Shown here: one piece after another, positions 1-12,000 of the stretch | Numbering within the stretch: position 1 is the first letter of the stretch | Layout: each line of letters starts with the position of its first letter | Assembly: GCA_905178155.1 (NCBI GenBank) | Contig: CAJINV010000006.1 | Coordinates: forward strand, 852,872 to 916,871 | DNA: 64,000 nucleotides | Direction: 5' to 3' | Source of the DNA: Amoebophrya sp. A120 | Taxonomy: Eukaryota > Protista > Dinoflagellata | Position numbers and translations under genes: made by a program | Notes under the pieces: model-generated | The model's input: only the letters and a program-made list of their open reading frames with translations | Database searches by the model: none | What the model was told of the DNA's origin: nothing

Positions 1-3000
1 TTTTCCATGACCCATGAGGTCTGGAATGCAGGACCTAGCATGACAGATTCTGTGCGATCTCTCTCATGCCTATCCTGCATGAGAAACTCCCTCCCGACTT
101 GGTCAAAACTGGACGACTTTTGGTAATTATGCAACACAGATTTTTGCATGCTTCAGATTTAGCATGACAAGTTGCAATCTTCCAGACCCAGACACTTTTG
201 CATTTGATACGGGACACGGAAGTTGAGTCGGAGTACAAAGGAGCCTCGTGTGGCGACGATAGTCGCAGGGTCCCGTGCGGCCCGGAGATAACGGCGTGCC
301 CGGTGGACTGTCTACTCAGCGAGTGGTCTACCGGGGATGCGTGCACGGCAGATTGCGGTGGCGGGACGGTGACGAACCGAAAGACAATTTTGCGCGACCC
401 TGCAAACGGCGGCGCGCAGTGCGATGATCTTGTAAGACCCAGGCCGTGCAACACCGACCACTGTCCCGTGAATTGTGAAATGAGTGAATGGGTCGGCGAC
501 ATTGCGACTTGCAGCTTGATATCAAAGGGAAAAATCCCCCCTCCCCATAACTAAACGAAGTTTCTGATGCTGGATTTGCGTACACAAATCAGGTCTGTTT
601 TGCTGGAGAGGACTGCAGGCATATGCTAAGCCTGGGTCGAGAGGTTTTGACGTAGGGGACTAGCATGACAGATGTCGGCTCTGTAAGCCCAACAGCATCA
701 CAAACCACCGGCATAATGCGGCGGACTCTCTGGCTTTGCCTTCCCGCAAGACAGATAGGATTTGTGACCTCAAATTTGCATCACAAATTTTCAGACGAAT
801 ACGTTTTCAATATGGGGAGGGGGGATTTTTCCTCTCAATACTTGACCTGTGGGGGCGGGGTCTACACGCGAAACAGAACCATCACACAAGAACCGGACTA
901 TGAGGGAGAAACGTGCCCAGACACGGAGGAAACAACTCCCTGTATGCATTGCAAATATGTCTGGGTCTGGAACAGTCATGCTGCTTTTGCATGACACAGA
1001 AGGTCTGGCATGGAAGCTCTAGCATCACAGGTTTCGAGAAGCTTCCGCCATGCCGAATCCGCATGACCACGAGCGCCCCATTTTAGTGACAGACAGTGGG
1101 CAGCTTTTGCTGCCTCTGCATGACAGATTTGGGTGTGCTGTTGCGAAATGCGCATCACAAGTTTGCTTTCTTCCAGATGACCCAGACATATTTGCAATGC
1201 ATACCCTGCTATACACAGCAATGCCCCATCGACTGCGTGATGAATGATTGGAGCGATTGGGGCGCCTATGCATGGCAAATATGTCTGGGTCTTGAAACTT
1301 GTGATACAAGTCGGTGAACAATAAGAGCACTGTATTAATGCGCCAAAAAGCATGACAAGTTTTTTCGTGGTTCTGTGATGCCTCGTCCGCATGAGAAACT
1401 GCGTTTTTGCATGACAGGCGAGAAAGGCTGCTTGTGGCCACGCAATACAGAGTGCAGAGTCAACATGCCAGACTAGCACGACGAGTCTCGCAATTTCCCA
1501 GCCACCCAGACACATTTGCATTTGATAGCGCCTGCAGCGCTAGCTGCGGTTCCGGGACGCAAGCCCGATACCGTAGCATTCAAATCAGCGGTGCCTACGG
1601 GGGGCGCACGTGCCCGGTCCAGGGGAAAGAGGAAGATAAACACGAGTTTGAGCAAACCCAATCCTGCGATCTCGATCCCTGCCCGGTGCACTGCGAATTA
1701 AGTTCTTGGGCGGACTGGTCCGATTGTTCCCAAACCTGCATCTACACGCACCATCACAAAAACGCCTATGACGATGACGACATCGGCAACCAGAATGGGG
1801 TGCGGGTGAAAACACGAGTCGTGGAGATTGCGCAGGACCACGGAGGCGATGCATGTCCACTACGGGACGTCACCTTTCCACAGCCATATGACGCAAAGCA
1901 GCTGGATGCAAATGACCACGACTACACCGGAGTGCGGCAGACCCAGGTGTATCAACTGCAAAAATGTCTGGGTCTCCTGGAAGAATGCGAACTTGTGATG
2001 CGTGTTGCGGATCATACAAAAATCTGTGTTGCATGACTTGCAAAAGGTTTCCATTTCTGGCCATGTTGAGAGGGCATTTCTCACGCAGAACAATAGGCAT
2101 CACCAAGGGGCTGCAGAACCTGTGATGCTAGGCCCTACATTCCAGACCTGGCGGAGCTTGAAAAACTGCATGACAAATCTCGCAACTTCCCAGACTCACA
2201 CATTTTTGCACAGGATAAAGTGCAGGTGGGACTCAACGACGCGTACACGGAGGTTGAGAGTTGCGACGAGTCGGTAACGCCGAAATGCCCAATCGACTGC
2301 CAACTCGGGGAATGGGAAGACGACACGCCGTGCTCACTAACCTGCTGGCGCGCGTCCGAAGACAGCTACAACTCTGCGGGCATCTTGGTGAGTGTGCAAA
2401 TCTCCGAGAAGGGGCACTTGTGGCGGAAGCGGGTGGTCAAGCACAGCGCTATGTTCGGCGGGGAAGAGTGTCCTACCCCGGGATCCATTCAGGTGTCCAA
2501 GCTGGTCGAGTGCTCGGACATGCCGTACTGTGCCCAGGACTGCGAGGTGTCCCCCTGGGAAGGGGATCCGAACATGTGTTCGGCCACGTTATCAACTGTA
2601 AAAATGTAGTCTGGGTCTGGAAGAATCCAACTTGTCATGCTGATTTTGGATTCTAAAAAAATCTGTATTGCATCATGAGCAGCAAAGAGAGTCCAAGTGG
2701 TGCTACACGGAGAGAGCATTTGTCATGCGGTATAGGCATCAGGAAGCCCTCACAAAATCTGTGATGCTAGGGCATGCATCACAGACATCAGGAGTCATGC
2801 AAAATGTGCATGACAAACCTGGCAATCTTCCAGACCCAGACATTCTTACATTTGATACACGTGCCAAGCCAACAATTTCAACACGCCCACCTACAAGGCC
2901 ACGAGGAAAATGCTGATTCCCATGCGATATCAAATGCAAAAATGTTTGGGTCTGGAACAAGATTGCAAGATTTGTCATGCTTGTCTGGCATGACCAAAAA

Positions 3001-6000
3001 GTTTGTGATGCGTGTCCAAGAAGAGACCATTTTTCCTGTCATGCAATAACGTAGTTTGTCATGCGAAAAACGCAACACAAAGAAGAACAGATATTTCTCA
3101 TGCTTGGCCGTGCATTACAGAGCATTCACTATTCCCAGCGCAGCATTACAAGTTTCCAGACCCCGACGTTTTTGCATTTGATATGCGAAACGGGGGGAAA
3201 GAGTGTCCGGAGTTGGAAACACAGCTGCCGTGCAACACCCAGCCCTGTCCGTCTACGACCGAAGCGCCGCCTGAATCCTCGACAGATGTTATCCTGAGTA
3301 AAAACGTACCCACACCAGAGTCAGGATGGGGATTTTGCAACACAAACCTAGGAGTTTTGTGAGTCACGCATGACAAGCTGCACTCTGCAGTGTAGTGCAG
3401 GTTAGCAAGTGCAGCCGCATCACAGATTCGTCTGCTCATCCTGTTCACAGCATCACAAATTACAAAACACGATTGGAAATGGTTCTCATGGGGATGCGCA
3501 TTACAAGTCTTCCTGTCTTTGCAAATTTGCATTACAACTCTGGTGTGGGTACGTTTTTACTCAGGATAGATGTGCCGGAACAAACGTCCACCAGTACGAC
3601 CACGACTGTCAGCACCGCACAAATATGCATTGCAAATACGTCTGAGTCTGGAACGCTGGAACTTGTGATGCTGTCTTGGGATTCTAAGAAAGTCTGTATT
3701 GCATGACCAGCAAGTTGTACAGGAGTCCAGTTTCTGCTACGCCGCGTAGAGGGTATTTCTCATGCGGAATAGGCATCCTCAGGAAGCGCTTTAAAAATCT
3801 GTGATGCTAGGCCATGCATTACAGAATCGTTGGCCATGCAAAATATGCATGACAAAGACAAAGAACCCAGACGTATTTATAGTGGATAACAAAACGATAC
3901 CAACTCGACGCAAGACGAACACAACATCATTTTTACCGACCCCACGACAGCCGAGCCCATTGACCTTCTCAGAAACGGAACCGAGGGAGTGGTCAACGAC
4001 ACGGTGGTGCGCAACCTGGACGCGCCTGAGGAGGACTGTAACCCCTGGCTGATTGTGTTGCTCCTCCTCCTGATTTGCCCCCTCTGCGGCGGCGGGGCCT
4101 ACATGATGCTCAAAGCAGAGGCTGTTGCGGAGCCGACTTTTGGCGAGCTGCAAAAAGCCGAGCGGTATGCATTGCAAAAGTATCGTACTCGTATGTATAA
4201 ATGCATTACAAATTTCCTCTGCGTGAGAGCTGGAATTTGTCATGCTGTTCTACCTTAAAGACAACATTTGTCATGCATAATTGCAATTAGTACGAGTACG
4301 ATACTTTTGCACAGGATAAGCGGGCCAAGTGGTCCGCGCGTCATTTGGAACAGCACGAAAGGAAATTATCCTTAGAAGCCGAGTATCAAATGCAAATATG
4401 TCTGGGTCGGGAAGATTGAAACTTGTGATGCGCATTTTGGATGAGACAAAACTCTGTCATGCATGGAAGGCAAAGGTAAGTACGTACTCAGCCTATTTCT
4501 TGTCATCAAAATCTGGAATTCGAATTTCTCATGCGGAACGGGCATTGAGAAAGCTCCTTAGAACCTGTGATGCGATTGCCTGCATGACAGAGCTTCTGGG
4601 TAGTGTAAAAACAGCATGACAAAGTCCGCACTTTTCCAGACCCGGACATATTTGCAATTCATACCGAGAGCTTCGGCATGGACCACGGGGTCGCGGAGCA
4701 CGCGTTAACCACCGCGGGTTTCACGTATCAAAAGGAAAAAACCCCCCTCCCCATATCAGAACGAAATTTCTGATGCTGGATTTGCGTACACAAATCAGGC
4801 TTCTCTTGCAGTGGAGGACTGCAGGCCCAGTTCAAGCCTGAGTGGAGAGATAATGGCATAGGCGCTCAGCATGACAAAAGTCCATGTTGTAGGCCCAACA
4901 GCATCACAAACCGCTGGCATAATGCGGGGGGTTTTCTCGGATTGCCTTCTTGCAAGACATGCGCGATCGGTGAGCACAAATCAGCATCACAAATTTCCAA
5001 AAAGATAGCTTTTCAGTATGGGGAGGGGGGATTTTTCCTCGCGATATCACACCCGCGTTTACGAAAAAGCTCCTGGATCAAATAACCGCCCGCGACCTGT
5101 CCGCGACGGAAAGATATCGAATGCAAAAATGTCTGGGTCTGGAAGGTGGCAAGTTGTCATGGTAAATCTGAAGCATGCAAAAATCTGTGTTGCATGAGTG
5201 CCAAGAGCTGTCCACTTTTGACCAAGATGGGAGGGAGTTTCTCATGCACGATAGGCATGGCAGAGACCCCGTTGAGTCTGTCATGCTAAGTCCCGCATTC
5301 CAGACCTCATGGGTCATGGAAAACCTGCATGACAAGTTTACACTTTTCTAGACCCAGACACTTTTGCAGTTGATAAGACATTAGCTCGGCCGGAGACGGA
5401 AACGGACCGCGCGATCTATGACAGTGCACAAATCCTCCTCCCCCCCATCTGTATTGCATGGACAGCAGTACAAACACCCGCACCTGTGGAGCCTGTGCAT
5501 TACAAGTTCACGCGCGTAGTGTAAGTAGTACTGTTTGGACTTTCGATAAATCTGTCATGCAAACACTACCACAGAGCAGCGTTTGGATTTGGTATCTTGC
5601 ATGACAAATGAGGAGGAGGGGGCGTTGTGCACTCTCATACGATTCTGCAGAAGTTGAAGAAGAAGATAAGGAACGACGGCGGGAAAAAGGGGGACAACAG
5701 CAGTTTGTACGTGTTTATGCATTGCAAATCTGTCTGCGTCTGGAAGAATGCAAGTTTGTCATGCTTGTCTGGCATGACTGAAGAGTTTGTGATGCGTGTC
5801 CACGAAGTCACCCTTTTGCTTGTCATGCAAAAACGCAGTTTGTGATGCGCAAAACGCAAGACTTAGGCACGCAAACATTTCTCATCATGCTTGGCTGTGC
5901 ATTACAGAGCATTCACTATTCCCAACTCAGCATGATTGCAAGTTTCCAGATCCAGACATTTTGCATTTCATAGTGTTGGAGCTCAGGGAATTTTTCGGCC

Positions 6001-9000
6001 GAAAAATTAAGGAGATGTACAAGGACGATCTCGAGGCTGCTGTTGCGGACGACGTCTATGCTGAGCAAAAACTTCCCCACCCCAGAGTCAAATTGGCAAA
6101 CCAGCAACACAAATCCAGGGGTTTTGGGGGTGAAGCATGACAAGTTTCTCTCTGTATTGTAGTGCAGGGAGGTAGCAAGCGCAGCCGCATCACAAAGCCA
6201 TTCTTTTATCCTGATTACAGCATTACAAATTCCAAAACACGATTGGAACAAATGCCTGTCATGCGGGCGCGCATTTTTCCATGTGTTGCTGTAATTGCAA
6301 AGCTGCATGACAACTCTAGTACTATGGGGACGTTTTTGCCCAGGATACCTTCGTAGAGTTACTCACCGAGAAAGAGATACAAGACATGCTCAAAGCCCAG
6401 GGTTATGCAGTGCAAGGGTACTATCGTACTCGTAGAAATGCATTACAAATTTCCTCAGCATGAGAAATGAAATTTGTAATGCTGCTTTACCTTGAGAAAA
6501 AGATTTGTAATGCATAACTGCAATTAGTACGAGTGCGATATTAGTTTTGCACAGGATAAAGGCTTCTCCGCTCCGACGGCAGAGAAATTAGCGCCGAAAC
6601 TGCATATCCTGAGAAAAAAGTGTTACAGTTACACACCCTGAGGGAAGACAAGCAAGACAGACAACCTCTGTCATGCAGGAAATGCTTGCCAGCCTCATTT
6701 CATTCGTGTTTTCCCTTATAGATACTCTGCGCATCACAGGTTTTCTTAGCCATGATGTCGAGCTGCAACTTTGTGATGCAGAAAGAACTTCAACAAGTGT
6801 GTAACTGTAACACTTTTTTCCTGTGATACTGCAGGAGAAGATGATACTAGAGTCCAGTCCGTTAGAAATGCCCCGCGCCAGCGCGGTGGAGCAAGCGCAG
6901 GCGGTGTCTGGGTTTTTTTATCCTGCGCAAAAGTATCGTACTCGTACTAATTGCATTTATGCATTACAAATCTAGTTCCTAAGGCAAATCCGCATTACAA
7001 ATTCAATTTGTAATGCTGAGCCAATTTGTATTGCAGTTTCTACTAGTACGATACTTTTGCAGTTCATATTTTTCAGTCAGCGAACACAAAGAGCGGAAAA
7101 TCGGCCAAGTCGTTGAAGGGTGCCCAGAACATGTCCATGAGGCCCGCGATATCCTGTGGAAAAACGTCCCCAGCTCCGCAGAGTCTAGATGCGAATTCTG
7201 CAACACAGCTCCAGAAGTTTTGGGAGTCACGCATGACAAGTATTTCTTTGTACTGTAGTGCGGGTTGGCAAGGACAGCCGCAGCAAAAAAGCAAGCGTGT
7301 TATCCTGTTTACAGCATCACAAATTTTTGCATAACACGATTGAAAATGCCTCTCATGGGAATGCGCATTACAAGTTTTCCTGTGATGGTAATTCTGCATG
7401 CCAACAACTCTGGGAGGGGGACGTTTTTACACAGGATGCGCGAACGAGCAGCCCATGCACGCAGTTCTCGTCGCGCCGATTTTTACCGCGGCGGAGATCG
7501 ACGCACTTGTATCAAATGTAAGAATGTCTGGGTCTGGAAGGTTGGAACTTGTGATGCTAACTTTGAACTCTAAAAAAATCTGTATTGCATGACCAGCAAT
7601 AGAAGCCCAGTCTGTGCTACGCGGGGAGGGCATTTGTCATGCGGGATAGGCATCAGGAAGGTCTCTAAAAATGTGTGATGCTAGGTCGTGCATTACGGAC
7701 ATCCTGGGCCATGCAAAATATGCATGACAAACCCGGCAATATTCCAGACCCAGACATTTTTGCATTTGATAACTTGGACTCCAAGATGACAAAGAGAAGC
7801 AGCTGTTCACGCAAAATTTCAAGCCGCACATATCAGAATGAAAAATCCCCCCTCCCCATACCAAAACGAAGTTTCTGATGCTGGATTTGCGTACACAAAT
7901 CAGATTTGTCTTGGTGGCGAGGACTGCAGGCCTATATCAAGCCTGAGAAGACAGGTTGCGGCCTAGGCGCGTAGCATGACAGACTTCTACGCTGTAGGAA
8001 CATAAGCATGACAAACCGCCTGTAGAATGCGGCGGAGCCTGTGGGGTTGCCTTCATGCAACACAGAGACGATTTGTCGTCGCAAATCAGCAACACAAATC
8101 TCCGAAAACGTAGCTTGTTAATATGTTATGGGGAGGGGGGATTTTTCCTTTTGATAGCACAAAGATCTCGGGAATGTGGAAGCGTCGGACGAGTTGAATT
8201 TGTTTCTCGCGTATCAAATGCAAATTAATATGTCTGGGTCTGGAAGGTTACAGCCTGTGATGCTGTGTTTGGATTCTAAAAAGTGATTTGTATTGCATAA
8301 ACCAGCAAGAGGACGAGTCCAGTTTGTGCTACATGTTGGGGACGGCATTTGTCATGCGGAATAGGCAACATCAGGAAGCTTTCTAAAAATCTGTGATGCT
8401 AGGTCATGCATTGAAGGCGTCATGGGTCACGCAAAACGCGCATCGCAAACCTTGCATTCTTCCAGATCCAGACATATTTGCAATGCATATCGCGAAAGAG
8501 CTGGCAAACCGCGGGTACGGGGAGGACTTTTTGCAAGCAAACGCGGAGGCGCTGTTGACCGCCGAATCGTTGAAGCAGTTAGAATTCTTTGACGCGATTG
8601 AGGAGGTTCTGAAGATGAAATTCACTCCTGAAACCGCGAAAAAACTGGCGATATGCATCGCAAATGTGTCTGGATCTGGAAAGTTCGAACTTGTAATGCC
8701 GGTCTTACATTCCTTTGAAATCTGTATTGCATGACTGAGCGTGACCAAGAACAGGAGAGGTTGCAGCCTCTACATTTGCCATATCGAAGAGTAGAGGGCA
8801 GTTTGTCATGCGGGCTGCGTATGAGAAAGCGTTCTGCAGGAAAGTTGTCATGCTTGGCTGCATTCGGAAGTGTTTCCATCATCCACATTGTAGCATCACA
8901 AGTTTCCAGACCCAGACAGCACGTTTGCACTTGATAAGCGAAACAAACTTTGGACACGTTTTTGAACTCCGCGATTATGACGGTGGGCCTGGAATTATGG

Positions 9001-12000
9001 CAGTGCACAACTCCCCCTCCCCCTCCTTTGTATAGCATGAACGGCAATACCGACACCAGCACACATGGGGCCTGTGCATGACAAATTCATGCGCGCAGTG
9101 TAGTACTGTTTTGGCTTCCGGGATCTGTCATGCAAACAGTGCCACAGGGAAGCACTTGGATTTGGGGTTTTGCATGACAAATGAGGGGGAGGGGGAGCTG
9201 TGCACTCGCATAGGAATTCGACGCAAGCAAGGTGGAGCAAGCGGAGAGGATTCTACTCTTTTCCCCAGCTGAGACGAAAAAGATGAAGCAAAGATACGAG
9301 CAATACGTGAATAATTTGCGGAAGACCGGCACGCTCCCCGCTGGTGATTCGCGGTTCAGCCAGCTCGATGCGGAGTTTGCACTACTGGAGAGAACATTCG
9401 GGACAGGAGTATCCTACGATAAGTACATATGGAACTGTCAGGATTGAAATTAACAAAGTTGAAATAATTTGTGATGCATAAAATCTATACCAGTTGGGCC
9501 CACAGTTTCCAATCGGCGCATGACAAATCTTCCTGGCTTCTGAAGCAAGTCTTTCATGCTGTTTAGGGCAAGATGGCTGCTCCCTGTCATGCTAGTCAGC
9601 AACCCAATTCCTGACCCTTACCAGCACTAGAATCTACCTCCCTTGCGCCTTCGGCAATACAGTCAGTGTCGCATTTTATGCATGGCAAATCATTTCAACT
9701 TTGTCGATTTCAACTCTGACACATCCATAGTACAACCTGGACCGCCCCCCGACGGTGAACGTTCCGACTGCCGAAGCCAGCACGCTGAACAAAGCGATTC
9801 AGGAGAGGTTGCAGAAACTCATTTCCGCCAAACGAGAAAGAGCTGCGTCGCAGTCAACGTCGTCGACCTTCTCCCCCGAACTTGCCGCCGCCGCGGCACC
9901 GACCACGGCCGAAGTGCGGAACGAGATTGAAAAGGCGCTGCTAGATTTATCCTAAGTAAAAACGCCCCCACCCCTTCTAGTTGGTAAATCTGCAACACAA
10001 ATCTCTAAGTTTTGGGAGTTGTGCATGACAAAGCTCCATCTGCAGTGTAGGGGTGGTTAGCAAGGGAAGCCGCTTCAGAAAGCCACTTTCTCATCCTGTT
10101 TAAAGCATTACAAATGCAACAGCACGATTGGAATAAATGCCTCTCATGGAGATGCGCATTACAAATCGATTCCTGTCATTGCGCATTTGCATGACAACTC
10201 TGGGTAGTTCTTGGGGACGTTTTTACACAGGATAAGATCAGGGCTTCAGTGAGGAATTTACCCGGCAGATGGGCCTGGCCGAAACCATGGAACTGAAGCT
10301 ACGGACGGAGGTATGCAAGAAAAAAACTGTGTAAGTGTAACTCTGTGATGCAGAAAATGCAAAACAGTTACACTTGTCATGCTCGCCAGCCATAGTGTCC
10401 TCTCTGCATATGCGTTTTCACGTACTAGCCGTGCATGACAGGCTCTCTCTGTCATGCAGAGCAAATTTGTCATGCTCTCACTCCAACAAGAGAGTTACAC
10501 TAACACAGTTTTTTTCCTGGATAGGAGGTGAAGACGCTGCAGAACCCGAGCATAAACGTAAAAGCCGACGTATCAAATGCAAAAATGTCTGGGTCTGGAA
10601 GAGTGCATGTTTGTCATGCTTGTCTGGCATGACTCTTAAGTCTATCCTGCACGTTGCCCAAGAGCCCCACTTTGCTGTCATGCAGAAACACAGTTTGTCA
10701 TGCAGAATAGGCAACACCTAGAAGCTCAAAAGCTTGTCATGCTGGGCCAGCACTTGTGGCCTCTTCATGATACGCCACCCAGCATCACAAGCTTCCAGAC
10801 CCAGACATTTTTACAATCCATACGACGGGAAGGCCTCCGAAGTGCACCTTTTTGAGCAAGGGGGCGGTCGTTTGAAAAAACCGGTACAGCGGGGGAGTTA
10901 TGAATTGCAAAAGCATCGTACTAGTATGAATTGCATTACAAATTTCCTCAGCGTGAGAAATGGAATTTGTAATGCTGATTGACCTTAGGAAAAAGATTTG
11001 TAATGCATAACTGCGATTACTACGAGTACGATAGTACTTTTGCACTGCATAGGAGTTCGTTCCAAGATTTGGGGGTGGCGAAGGAAGAGAAGGCGAGTAT
11101 CAGTGTGACCGGGAGCGCGGAGAAAGTGCACGTGATTCAAGGGTTATGCAAGAAAAAAAGTGTGTAAGTGTATAGTCTGTGATGCAGGAAATGCAAAACT
11201 GTATACGCTTGTCATGCTGGATGTGTGTCATAGGCAACTTTCATGCATGTTTCCACGTGCTAGCTGCGCATGACAGGTTTTCCCTGTCGTGCAAAACGAA
11301 CTTGTGATGTTTTTCCTAAAAAGTTACACTTACACAGTTTTTTTCCTGGATAAGGCTTTCAAATGATGAAACCGATCAAGTTCAAATTCGATGACATGAG
11401 CGAGAAGGACAAGAAAATCGCGCAGAAGGACTTCATCGGCCACACGAGTATCCTGTGCAAAAGTATCGTACTCGTAGTAATCGCAGTCATGCATTACAAA
11501 TCTCCATCCCAAGGTAAAACAGCATGACAAATGCCATTTATCATGTTGGGCTAATTTGTATTGCAATTGCTACTAGTACGATGCTTTTGCAGCTCATAAC
11601 AAGCTTTGAGAAACAACTCGAAAAGCAGATGCACGAAAAGGCGAAGAGGGACATTGTGCAGGAACGGATAAGTCTCGACCTATGACAGTGCACAACTCCT
11701 CGTCATTTTTTGTCATGCAAAAACCCAAATCCAGTTGCTACCTTGTGGGACCGCGTGCATGACAAATTCCAGAATAATCCAAACAGTGCCACGCTCGGCG
11801 CATGATGAACTTGTCATGCACAGGGTCCACCTGTACTGGTGTTTGTAATGCTCTTGATGCCATACAACAAATGCAGGGGAGGGGGAGTTGTGCACCTTCA
11901 TACGATCTCGGGCAAGTGCTGAACGAAGAGCCAGATTCGGACGGAAAACTCGGTGTGGACGTCGACGACAGCGAGCCCGAGGGGTATCTTATGTAAAAAC